Shown here piece by piece: positions 7,528-15,724 of a DNA stretch of 58,052 bases. Position 1 is the stretch's first letter; every line of letters starts with the position of its first letter. A model generated the notes under the pieces. That model saw nothing but the letters and a program-made list of their open reading frames with translations, was not told the origin of the DNA and made no database searches. The translations under genes and the position numbers were made by a program. This stretch comes from a virus (lineage: Duplodnaviria; Caudoviricetes), in the IMG/VR virus record IMGVR_UViG_3300009503_000396, positions 1 through 58,052 of that record. The stretch is one strand, 5' to 3'.

Positions 7528-7768
7528 ATGTTATGCTGCCATAATTCTGGGAAAGAAACTCTCTTCATCATGGGCACAATGCAAGAAAAGAGTCAATGGT
7601 CTTTGTTGTAAGGACTGTTCAGAAGTAACAATGTGTCCTACTCCTTGTTCACAAATACTTCTCTACTTTAAGATAGATGATGAGTCTTTCAACTTCGAAG
7701 GATTTAAATGTAGGTTTTATTGTACACCTACTCAAGCAGTAATGAGGAGAATAGCTGGTGATACTTGA
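7502..7768 (+). CDS. Cys-rich CCxxC-family protein (divergent)
   Basis: RCY...C...LCCKDC...CPTPC...CRFYC. Confidence 0.55.
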   Translation: MSGKKEQPRCYAAIILGKKLSSSWAQCKKRVNGLCCKDCSEVTMCPTPCSQILLYFKIDDESFNFEGFKCRFYCTPTQAVMRRIAGDT

Positions 7769-8088
7769 TGGGTGTGTTTGACTCCTTCTGGATACGGATG
7801 AAATGTCCAATATGTCAATATGAAGACAACTTTGAATTTCAAACGAAAGAGTTTGTCCAATGCTTACTTCACTTCTACGTAGGAGATAATGTAAACCAGA
7901 AGATTACCTCCACTCGTCTAGGACAAATGTACATCAAAGACGGAGAAATACTTGGGGCTATTTCGTACTGCAAGAATTGCAAGTCTAGACTTAGAGGTAC
8001 TATTGTGATTAAGAAGGGAAAGTTTGTAAGAGTTAAGAATGTCAAACGTTGGGATGATCCAGAAGACATAGGAGTGAATATCGTATGA
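7768..8088 (+). CDS. conserved phage-type zinc-ribbon hypothetical protein
   Basis: MGVFD..CPIC..FQTK..C..VGD..CKNC, a pattern recalled from uncharacterised phage proteins. Confidence 0.6.
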   Translation: MGVFDSFWIRMKCPICQYEDNFEFQTKEFVQCLLHFYVGDNVNQKITSTRLGQMYIKDGEILGAISYCKNCKSRLRGTIVIKKGKFVRVKNVKRWDDPEDIGVNIV

Positions 8089-8366
8089 AGAAGTGTGACA
8101 CTTGCAAGAAAGACATCACTGACAACAGTTTCATTCAAGTAACCTTCTATGGTAACTGCCAAAGACTTATGTTGTATTGGAGAAAGCCTATTCAGTTGGA
8201 GTTCTGTAGTTTCAATTGCTTCCAAGAATACTTCAACATGTTGACAAAAGAACAAGCACTGGAAGAATTGGCGGAGAGGAGGCATTGGGAGTCGAGATAC
8301 CCTGTTCCAGCAAGTGCAATGAGGCAAGGTGAGGAGGAGACGGATAAGAAGGAAGGGAGTGAGTAA
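8085..8366 (+). CDS. TRASH/MYM-like zinc-finger protein
   Basis: CDTC...FCSFNC. Confidence 0.6.
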   Translation: MKKCDTCKKDITDNSFIQVTFYGNCQRLMLYWRKPIQLEFCSFNCFQEYFNMLTKEQALEELAERRHWESRYPVPASAMRQGEEETDKKEGSE

Positions 8367-8696
8367 GTGTCAGCAGAATTCACAATGACACTAGGTAAAC
8401 AAGGTACTTGTCAGATATGTGGGAAAGAAGTGTATTCAAAAATGTTCACGTGTGACTTATGTGGCAAAAAGACCTGCACATTACACATGAAGGCACTAGT
8501 TAGTATCGTGACAGAAGTTGGCTATGTTACTACTTCGAGTACTCTTGCACCCATTGTTTATTCTACTCCTGCCAGCAAAATAGAAATGTTTATCTGTTCC
8601 GAATGTGCTGATGCACTTAAACTGTCTCTAAGGGTATTGGCAGGAAGGAATAAGGATGAAGATAAAGATCACGAGAATAAAGATAACAGCAAATGA
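8367..8696 (+). CDS. zinc-finger hypothetical protein
   Basis: CQICG..CDLCG..C..H..CSEC. Confidence 0.6.
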   Translation: MSAEFTMTLGKQGTCQICGKEVYSKMFTCDLCGKKTCTLHMKALVSIVTEVGYVTTSSTLAPIVYSTPASKIEMFICSECADALKLSLRVLAGRNKDEDKDHENKDNSK

Positions 8697-8988
8697 ACAC
8701 TTGCCACCAGAGAAAGCAGTAAATGCTGTGATATCCTTCAAAGCTCAAAAAGGTAAGTTCCACTGTGAAGGAATAGTGAACACAACGATTTACACCTTCT
8801 TGGAGAGAGAAAGTATTATCAGCAGTCTCTATGGATTAATAGTACGTGAAGTCTTGTATCAGTACAAAGCTTGGAAGGATATACAAAGAAAAGAGGCAAC
8901 TCTCACAAGACATATGCCTTGGTTGAAGGACTTGGAGGGTAATGAAATACCACCTGAATATATCTTGGCAGAGGAGTTGGACAGATGA
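8656..8988 (+). CDS. hypothetical protein
   Basis: 110-aa ORF ending ILAEELDR. Confidence 0.6.
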   Translation: MKIKITRIKITANEHLPPEKAVNAVISFKAQKGKFHCEGIVNTTIYTFLERESIISSLYGLIVREVLYQYKAWKDIQRKEATLTRHMPWLKDLEGNEIPPEYILAEELDR

Positions 8989-9287
8989 AGGAGTTGGTTC
9001 CTCTCTCATTTCTCAGAGTAGGAGAAAGTGGTCTCATAGTTTCAGTCACTGGTCATCCAATACTTGTGACCAAGTTAAAGTCTCTTGGTTTTGATGTAGG
9101 AAAGATTGTTCTTGTTGTTGCAACAACTACTGGATACTTTGGTAGTTACATGCTTGTGAAAGTAGAAAGTAGACAAGTGAAACTGAACTATTCAGAAGCT
9201 AATTACATCATTGTTGAGAGAGAAAGAATAGAACCTATACCTACTCCTAATCCAACCTTGCCGGTGTATGCTTTTGGAACAAGATGA
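8985..9287 (+). CDS. feoA: FeoA-domain (SH3-like) protein
   Basis: LSxLxxGExGxIxxV..KLxSLGFxxGxxVxV..G..LVKV..VxLxxxEAxxIxV FeoA pattern. Confidence 0.75.
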   Translation: MKELVPLSFLRVGESGLIVSVTGHPILVTKLKSLGFDVGKIVLVVATTTGYFGSYMLVKVESRQVKLNYSEANYIIVERERIEPIPTPNPTLPVYAFGTR

Positions 9288-9498
9288 AAAGATTTGTGCT
9301 ATATGCGGGAAACCAATCAAACAACGCATACGTTTCGTACTTGTTCTTGAGAAAAGAGAACGTTATAGAACTTACTTCAAACCTACTCCTCTTGGTTTAT
9401 ACTTCCATGAGGGATGTGTGAAGAAGATATCAGTTAATGTAAAGAATCTATGGGATCTCATTCGAGTAATGAACCAATTGACAGGGAGAACCCGTTGA
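9268..9498 (+). CDS. zinc-finger hypothetical protein
   Basis: CAICGKPI...YFHEGC. Confidence 0.6.
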   Translation: MLLEQDEKICAICGKPIKQRIRFVLVLEKRERYRTYFKPTPLGLYFHEGCVKKISVNVKNLWDLIRVMNQLTGRTR

Positions 9499-9532
9499 TC
9501 TAAGTATGAAGGAGAAATGGAGGTGACCAAGT

Positions 9533-9751
9533 GTGAATTACAGGAAGATAATAGCTAAAGAGTTTGTCGTCATTAGTTTCTATGCTGGTTGTTTCTTAAC
9601 TCCTCTGGTACTAAGTGCGATTGCTCTTGACAACTGTCTGCGGTCTGCTCCTCCTTTGGTGAAGGTTGTGACTTCTTTATTGTTAGGTTTTGTCTGGGGT
9701 CTCTGGTTACAGTTAGCTACAAAGATCTTGAACACTGTACTGAAAGAGTAA
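9533..9751 (+). CDS. small membrane protein
   Basis: SD GGAGGTGA; two hydrophobic helices. Confidence 0.6.
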   Translation: MNYRKIIAKEFVVISFYAGCFLTPLVLSAIALDNCLRSAPPLVKVVTSLLLGFVWGLWLQLATKILNTVLKE

Positions 9752-9753
9752 AA

Positions 9754-9761
9754 TATTTAAG
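9754..9761 (+). promoter_or_regulatory. putative TATA box
   Basis: TATTTAAG followed by CAGTAAAG, which also follows the 4527 TATA box. Confidence 0.4.
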
Positions 9762-9782
9762 ACCAGTAAAGAAAGTAGAAGT

Positions 9783-10619
9783 GTGAGACATATGCGAATG
9801 CCGAAGTTAGACTTCAAAAGACTTCTGTTCCTCCTCTTCCTATTCTTAGGATTCTTGGAGGCTGGACTACCGGGACTAGTAGCTGGTTTCTTCTTCTGGG
9901 CAGTGCCAAGTGTTCTCTTGACACTCTCATTGATACCATTTGTTGGTTATTTCATCTATGATGCTTTCAAGACACCTCTATTGGACAACATTAAACATTT
10001 CATACCAGATACAGTACTAACAGAGAAAGTAGCTATGTTCTTTGACCTTCAAGCAATTATCTATTGTATTCTGACATCAGCACTAGTAGTTGCAGCTATT
10101 GTCTTAGTTATCTTCTTCTGGAAGAGGAGACAAAAGAAAAAGGCAGCAGCACTTGAGTTTGTGAGTCTAAAAGAAACAATACTAGCAATGGACTGGAAAG
10201 ACCTTGAAGACTTTGTAAACAAGTTGAAAGACAAGTTGAAAGGTGTAAATCCACACTTGGCTGGCTCAGTTCTCTTTTGGTTGGGTATTGGTGTTTCTTC
10301 TCATGACTTCTACTGGGAAGCAAATGAGTGGCAAGTAAATACCAAGAGACCAACACATGGTGTCTATCTAGGTCTTGGACTTGCAACTACTGGAACTACA
10401 ATCATAGAACCAAGTGTAGTGAAGAATGCATTCTTCTACTTGGGTGAAGCACTGTGTCTGATAGGTTTCTGGACTTTATCACTCTTGCCGAGGGGAGTTT
10501 CAAGGTGGATCTCTCATTTCTTCTGGTGGTCTGGTACTGGTCTAATGATATGGAACTGGTATATACATGTCAAACCAGAACTCATCAATGATACCGAGAA
10601 AGCTAAAGTCTTCACTTAA
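9783..10619 (+). CDS. multi-pass membrane protein
   Basis: Several hydrophobic segments; N-terminal part resembles 13592 ORF (LIPFVGxxIY / IIPIAGxxIY). Confidence 0.7.
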   Translation: MRHMRMPKLDFKRLLFLLFLFLGFLEAGLPGLVAGFFFWAVPSVLLTLSLIPFVGYFIYDAFKTPLLDNIKHFIPDTVLTEKVAMFFDLQAIIYCILTSALVVAAIVLVIFFWKRRQKKKAAALEFVSLKETILAMDWKDLEDFVNKLKDKLKGVNPHLAGSVLFWLGIGVSSHDFYWEANEWQVNTKRPTHGVYLGLGLATTGTTIIEPSVVKNAFFYLGEALCLIGFWTLSLLPRGVSRWISHFFWWSGTGLMIWNWYIHVKPELINDTEKAKVFT

Positions 10620-10620
10620 A

Positions 10621-10638
10621 CACCCTTCTTTTTCTTTG
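10621..10638 (+). terminator. pyrimidine/oligo-T tract terminator
   Basis: CACCCTTCTTTTTCTTTG directly after a stop codon. Confidence 0.45.
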
Positions 10639-10702
10639 TGAGGAGTGGTAAAATGAATAAAGTATTACTTGGGTACATGTGGTATTTGGATAGTGATGAT
10701 AG

Positions 10703-11182
10703 ATGAAAGAGAAGCCATCATTCTTGGTTAGGAGAGCAGCGAAAGAGCACACATGCCTCTACTGTGGCAAGACAATACCGAAAGGTACAAAGTATTATGT
10801 AAAAACAGAGACACCAAAGGAATTGCGTAAGGCATTGGAACAGCGGACTGGTTGGTCTGTTTACACAATCAAAGCACGTACTCGTTTCTGGTATATTGAC
10901 AAAGTCAATTGGCCATTCTGTAGTCTAGAGTGTTTAGCAATGTATTGCAATACAGAACGAGACAAGTTGCCTCAAGAAGTGCAAGAACGTATTCAGCAAA
11001 AGATAAAGTCTATTGTTGATAATGTGAGTGAGATTGTGAGTGTGATTGTAGCACTTGGAGGGAGTAAACCCTACGAACGGGATAAGTTTATAAGTCTCTT
11101 ACAAGTAAAAGGAGGTGACGATTGGTATGGAAGAAGCGTATGGATTGCCCGTGAAGGAAGTACCTCCAGGCAAGGTGTTTGA
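10703..11182 (+). CDS. TRASH-like zinc-finger protein
   Basis: RRAAKEHTCLYCGKTIPKG...PFCSLEC. Confidence 0.65.
   Translation: MKEKPSFLVRRAAKEHTCLYCGKTIPKGTKYYVKTETPKELRKALEQRTGWSVYTIKARTRFWYIDKVNWPFCSLECLAMYCNTERDKLPQEVQERIQQKIKSIVDNVSEIVSVIVALGGSKPYERDKFISLLQVKGGDDWYGRSVWIAREGSTSRQGV
11087..11094 (+). promoter_or_regulatory. putative TATA box
   Basis: TTTATAAG followed by SD GGAGGTGA 11111-11118. Confidence 0.5.
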
Positions 11183-11333
11183 TATCAGATACTATCCAGC
11201 ACGAGAATGGGTTCTCATCTACTTGGACAGAGAGACTTATGACTCAATTAGAAAAGCTTGTGAAGAACACAAGATTGATGTCAAGAAGGCTATCTATGGC
11301 AGTCTTATCCACATTAGAGAAGCACTCAAGTAG
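11127..11333 (+). CDS. small protein, possible ribbon-helix-helix
   Basis: VLIYLDRETYDSIRKACEEHKIDVKKAI; strong SD. Confidence 0.5.
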   Translation: MEEAYGLPVKEVPPGKVFDIRYYPAREWVLIYLDRETYDSIRKACEEHKIDVKKAIYGSLIHIREALK

Positions 11334-11372
11334 CCTGGAGGTTATAGTCTTTAAAAGAAAAGAGGTGAGTGT

Positions 11373-12353
11373 ATGGAATTGAAAATAGATCCCAAGTTAG
11401 AGAGCATAATTCCACCACTACGTGAAGATGAACTGAAAGCACTGGAGACATCCTTGAAAGAGAAAGGACAGATAATGCCAATACTAGCAATGCCAGATGG
11501 AACAATCATAGATGGACATCACAGATACAAACTCTTGAAGAAACTAGGTCTAGAGCCTAGAGTACAAGTCATGGAAAATGTGAAGACAATAGATGAGGCA
11601 TTGAAACTAGCCTTTGAAATCAATGTACAGAGACGACAACTAAGTCTACCCATGAAGTTAAAGTGGGCTTATGAAGTCGAGAAACAAATATTAGAAGCAG
11701 AAGCTAGACATAGACAAGGAAGACATGGAGAAATTCGTGACCAACTTGGTCACGAATTCAGTCGTACTCGAACTAAAATAGCTGAAAAATTAGGGGTAGG
11801 TGAGGGGACAGTATGGCGTGCATTCAAGATCTTGCAGGATGCTCCTGAAGAGTTCAAGAACCTCTGGCTTTCTGAACAAGTAACTACAAATGCTGCAGCA
11901 ACAGCAACAGAAGCACTTGAGTCTATACCAGAAGAATACAAGGATAGGAAAGAAGCACTTATTGAGATGGTAGTTGAAGACCCAGACAGAATAACAGAGA
12001 TCAAAAAGATAGTTGGTAACACTAATGCTGTTATAGCAATGATAGAAGGAGAAACAGATGAAGTCAGAGCAAAATTAGAGGAACGATACAAGCCACTGTA
12101 CTTTACACCAGACTTAGATCCAAGAGAAGTCTTATGGTATGCTGAAGAGATCTCACAATCTTCACATAAGCTATCAAAAGGCATCAAGTTAGCCGAAGAA
12201 ATTGGTGAAACATTCGAGGAAGCAGACGCATGGTTCGCTCACTATGGTGGAAGATGTATCAGGGAGGTCAAAGCTTGGGAGGGCGAGTGGGACAAGTTCC
12301 AGGAACAACTCGAAAAGAAAGGAAAGTTCTCAGTTGGGGAGAAAACAGAGTAA
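11373..12353 (+). CDS. ParB/Srx-like N-terminal domain protein with HTH
   Basis: L..SL...G...PI......IIDGHHRY; NVQRRQL; IAEKLGVGEGTVWR. Confidence 0.85.
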   Translation: MELKIDPKLESIIPPLREDELKALETSLKEKGQIMPILAMPDGTIIDGHHRYKLLKKLGLEPRVQVMENVKTIDEALKLAFEINVQRRQLSLPMKLKWAYEVEKQILEAEARHRQGRHGEIRDQLGHEFSRTRTKIAEKLGVGEGTVWRAFKILQDAPEEFKNLWLSEQVTTNAAATATEALESIPEEYKDRKEALIEMVVEDPDRITEIKKIVGNTNAVIAMIEGETDEVRAKLEERYKPLYFTPDLDPREVLWYAEEISQSSHKLSKGIKLAEEIGETFEEADAWFAHYGGRCIREVKAWEGEWDKFQEQLEKKGKFSVGEKTE

Positions 12354-13027
12354 CCATCCTCTCAACTCCTGAAGAAATTGAAGAATTCATTGACTTATAT
12401 CCAGAGGCTAAAGACTACAATTGTCCAGATTGTGAAGAAGGAGATGTAGTGGTAGACACAATTCGCAATTTTGTCTATCACTTCTCAGTATATAAATGTC
12501 CATACTGTGAAAAAAGATTTCCTACAATAGAAGCATTCAAAGAACATGTAAAAATAGTACAAGAGGAGTACTTACTTGCTGACGAAGAAGCTAAGATCCC
12601 AGAACATCCCTTTGTAAAACCAGATGAGTATCAAGAAGTACTAATGGAACACACGTTCTCCAAAGCACTAGTCTATTATGCTGTTGTATGCCCAAGAGAA
12701 ATAATACCTCTACCATCTTCTGTAGAGTATTCTGAAGAACACCCAAAAGTTCCAACAGCAGAAGAACGACAACGACATGATGAACTAATGGCTAAGTGGA
12801 GGGAAGAGATGATGAAGACTTATCACACTAGACAACCCAAGATTGACTTACTTCCTAATGGAGATTTACATGATCCTGGTGGCAACCGTTGGTGGTATTG
12901 GACAGTGCAAGTTTGGGTTGATGAACGCAATTGTTGGAGGCCACTGCCTAAAAAGTTCAGAGAAGATCCACCAGGCAAGGTGAGAGTTCTCTTTCTATTG
13001 GCTATTATTCCTGAGGAAGAAGAATGA
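12287..13027 (+). CDS. zinc-finger-containing hypothetical protein
   Basis: CPDC and YKCPYCEKRF.....EH; GTG 12287 preceded by GGAGG. Confidence 0.6.
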   Translation: MGQVPGTTRKERKVLSWGENRVTILSTPEEIEEFIDLYPEAKDYNCPDCEEGDVVVDTIRNFVYHFSVYKCPYCEKRFPTIEAFKEHVKIVQEEYLLADEEAKIPEHPFVKPDEYQEVLMEHTFSKALVYYAVVCPREIIPLPSSVEYSEEHPKVPTAEERQRHDELMAKWREEMMKTYHTRQPKIDLLPNGDLHDPGGNRWWYWTVQVWVDERNCWRPLPKKFREDPPGKVRVLFLLAIIPEEEE

Positions 13028-13254
13028 TTGTCCTCTACACCCTCCCTAACTGTCCAAAATGTCAAGTAGTCAAACTCTTCTTGAGACGAAAAGGAATAGA
13101 CTTTGAAGAAAGAGATGCCAGAGACTATTCAACACTTCTACTAACTCAGCACATGCAAGAAGCACCAGTCATAGAGATCAACGGTCAGTTCTACACTTTC
13201 GAGACTTTGACAGAACTAGAGGACATCTTACGACAAGAAGGGTATAGTATATAA
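13024..13254 (+). CDS. glutaredoxin-like NrdH-redoxin
   Basis: LYTLPNCPKC..K..L...GIDFEE...APVIEING. Confidence 0.85.
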   Translation: MIVLYTLPNCPKCQVVKLFLRRKGIDFEERDARDYSTLLLTQHMQEAPVIEINGQFYTFETLTELEDILRQEGYSI

Positions 13255-13258
13255 AACA

Positions 13259-13588
13259 GTGACAAGAAAGAGAGTGGACGGTGACATAGTGTTCAAGTGG
13301 TTCAAGAAGAGAGAACAGAAGAAGAAACGACAAAGATACTTTGAGGAAGGGATAGAACAGAGTAAGTACCCGGACTTTCTTAAGCAAATAGATGTTGCTA
13401 TTATAGACTTGTTGAGAGATTATCCAGATGATGACACTCTACTCAGCAAACTTGGAGAAGAAGCATCAAGATGGTTTACTGATATGCCTCACTTGAACCT
13501 TACGTCGTTCAAAGCAGGTGTAGTATATGGAATGTTTCTTCTCTTGAGACATAGAAAGCAACGCAAACGAGAAAGTTATGTAGTATAG
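13259..13588 (+). CDS. hypothetical protein
   Basis: 109-aa ORF. Confidence 0.6.
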   Translation: MTRKRVDGDIVFKWFKKREQKKKRQRYFEEGIEQSKYPDFLKQIDVAIIDLLRDYPDDDTLLSKLGEEASRWFTDMPHLNLTSFKAGVVYGMFLLLRHRKQRKRESYVV

Positions 13589-13591
13589 GAG

Positions 13592-13954
13592 GTGAAAAGA
13601 GTGAGTGAGAAAAAGCCTTCAGTAAGACCGGATAAGAGATTATGGTGGTTCGACACTCTCTTCTTGGCTACGGTTCTTATTCTTGGATACTTCGAAACAC
13701 AAAGTCTCAATTTCCTAATGGCTGTACCACTGTACTTCTTTGGCTTCGTTGCATCGTTCCTTGGCATCATACCAATAGCTGGTCCTTTGATATACTTCTT
13801 TGGCATGAGAGCATTGTTCAATGCCTTGCTCAGTACTTTCAACCTCTCGATGCCAGTGACATCAGCAATAATTTTCTGGTACTTCTTCGGATTCACAGTG
13901 TTTTATAACTTCATTATTCTTCTGATCCTAATACTAGCAAAGACAGGACAATGA
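13592..13954 (+). CDS. multi-pass membrane protein (paralogue of 9783 N-terminus)
   Basis: Three to four hydrophobic helices. Confidence 0.65.
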   Translation: MKRVSEKKPSVRPDKRLWWFDTLFLATVLILGYFETQSLNFLMAVPLYFFGFVASFLGIIPIAGPLIYFFGMRALFNALLSTFNLSMPVTSAIIFWYFFGFTVFYNFIILLILILAKTGQ

Positions 13955-13956
13955 AG

Positions 13957-13964
13957 TATATAAA
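13957..13964 (+). promoter_or_regulatory. putative TATA box
   Basis: TATATAAA in the intergenic gap before 13991 ORF. Confidence 0.45.
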
Positions 13965-13990
13965 ACACTCTCTTTTTCTCTTCCTTAGAG

Positions 13991-14254
13991 GTGAACGATG
14001 TGGGTAAGAAAAATCAGTTGTATGCAAAGTATGTTCGTCTAATGCAGTCAGCAGAGAAACCTAATGAGATATACTTAGTACTAGAGAAAGATGAACCAAT
14101 GGAGAAGAAGTACATGAGACAGTTTGACAATATGTTCATGGGCAAGGATGTGATCATCACTATTACACCATTGATTAGAGAGAAGAAGCACAAGGCAGAA
14201 CAGAAGGACGAAGAAGAAATACCAATATCGCCATTCTGGGATGTGGAAACATGA
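13991..14254 (+). CDS. hypothetical protein
   Basis: ORF; SD GAGGTGA suggests start near 14000. Confidence 0.55.
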   Translation: MNDVGKKNQLYAKYVRLMQSAEKPNEIYLVLEKDEPMEKKYMRQFDNMFMGKDVIITITPLIREKKHKAEQKDEEEIPISPFWDVET

Positions 14255-14442
14255 ACAAAAGGACATATTACAAGGACAGAGGATATTGTTGTTATTGTCG
14301 CAAGTGGATACCAACAGAACAACTGAAGAAAGTCTACATCAAGAAGTTAGGTGTCTATGCACTCTACTGTCCAATACACTTAAAACAAGTAAGACTTAAG
14401 CCTAGGACAGTGAAGATGGGAGAAGTACCAACAAGGAGGTGA
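14251..14442 (+). CDS. small basic zinc-finger protein
   Basis: YCCYCRKW...YCPIH..VRLKPR. Confidence 0.6.
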   Translation: MNKRTYYKDRGYCCYCRKWIPTEQLKKVYIKKLGVYALYCPIHLKQVRLKPRTVKMGEVPTRR

Positions 14443-14446
14443 AAGT

Positions 14447-14698
14447 GTGAGTAGAGCAGAAGAAGAGAAGCGACTAAGAGAAATGTTAGCACGTAGAGCA
14501 CAATCAGTACAATGTCCATACATCAATGAGTGCAAGCAAAAAGTCTTGAAAGAAGAGGCAGAAATGATGTGTAAAGACTTGGAGATCACTGAAGAAATAG
14601 TCTCTCTACATGTAGCTGGTAATCACGGTTGGCAAGTCTGTAAGATCTACAATGAGATCCGAAGAGAGAAGGAAGGAAAGTTACCGAGGGAATGGTAG
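14447..14698 (+). CDS. hypothetical Cys-containing protein
   Basis: SD GGAGGTGA; CPY..C..C..C. Confidence 0.6.
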   Translation: MSRAEEEKRLREMLARRAQSVQCPYINECKQKVLKEEAEMMCKDLEITEEIVSLHVAGNHGWQVCKIYNEIRREKEGKLPREW

Positions 14699-14998
14699 TT
14701 GAACTTGGAGATAGTCTTTGAACTGTTACATTCTGTGGATGGAAATGCGGCAGAGCACATTACGTTGAAACTGTTGAAGTATTTCCGACCAACCAACCTT
14801 CATATTGAACAAGAGACCTGTGGATTGAAAGTACAATTAAAACATGCTGACCCAATTCCACCATTTTCTGTTATCAAACAGATAAAAAAGGAATTGGAAG
14901 GAATACTGTATTTCAAACACACTATCAGAGAAATAGACTTGGAAGAACATGAGAAGGATGTAATAGAGAAATGGTTCTTGGCAGAGGCAATAAGTTAA
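14699..14998 (+). CDS. hypothetical protein
   Basis: 99-aa ORF. Confidence 0.55.
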   Translation: MNLEIVFELLHSVDGNAAEHITLKLLKYFRPTNLHIEQETCGLKVQLKHADPIPPFSVIKQIKKELEGILYFKHTIREIDLEEHEKDVIEKWFLAEAIS

Positions 14999-15033
14999 AT
15001 AGGAAAGGAACAAACAGTTGTTTGGGACCTAAG

Positions 15034-15477
15034 ATGAGGAGAAAGACTTTGTTTCTTCTGTTATTAGTATCTCTTCTAACTATTGGAATAACTACTGCAG
15101 TCTTGATGGCACATGTGAACATCTCAAATAAAGCTAAAGTCAAAGCAATAGGAATTAAAGTCTACTTTGATGAAGCATGCACACAAGAAGTGACTACACT
15201 TGACTGGGGTGATGTCTCTGACTCCAAGACATACACTGTATATGTAAAGAATGTCGGAAATGCACCAATTACTCTGACAATGACAACAGAAGATTGGAAT
15301 CCGGCAAGTGTTGTCAAGTACATTTCTTTCACATGGGACTATGATGGAAGCACTATTTATCCTAAGACAGTTAAACCTGTTACATTTACGTTGCAAGTGA
15401 CTAACCCGGACGGAATAGTGCAAGAAGAAATAAGTGATGTGAGTTGGACAATAGTTGTCACAGCCTCCCAAGTCTAA
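15034..15477 (+). CDS. secreted Ig-like/TasA-like protein resembling an abundant Bathyarchaeia family
   Basis: Signal peptide MRRKTLFLLLL..; VYxDxxCT..LDWG..VYVKNxGNxPITL..WNP..FTWDYDG..VTFTLxV. Confidence 0.7.
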   Translation: MRRKTLFLLLLVSLLTIGITTAVLMAHVNISNKAKVKAIGIKVYFDEACTQEVTTLDWGDVSDSKTYTVYVKNVGNAPITLTMTTEDWNPASVVKYISFTWDYDGSTIYPKTVKPVTFTLQVTNPDGIVQEEISDVSWTIVVTASQV

Positions 15478-15674
15478 GACGTTTGCTTCTCTCTCTTTTT
15501 CTTTTGTTTGCAAGTAGTGTTTGTCTAGGCATAGGTTGGAAAATTGGTTCATTGGTTCAAGAAGGACTTCTGCCTACAGTAGACTTCTTTGACAGTGTTA
15601 GTCTCTTGATAGTTGGTTTTGTCCTCTACTGTTACCATGTCTATCTAATTATCAAGTGGCCAACAGAACATTAG
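15444..15674 (+). CDS. small membrane protein
   Basis: Two hydrophobic helices; start uncertain. Confidence 0.45.
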   Translation: MDNSCHSLPSLRRLLLSLFLLFASSVCLGIGWKIGSLVQEGLLPTVDFFDSVSLLIVGFVLYCYHVYLIIKWPTEH

Positions 15675-15724
15675 TGAAATGTTTATATGAAATAACATTT
15701 GAGGTAATAGGATGGAGGACAGAC

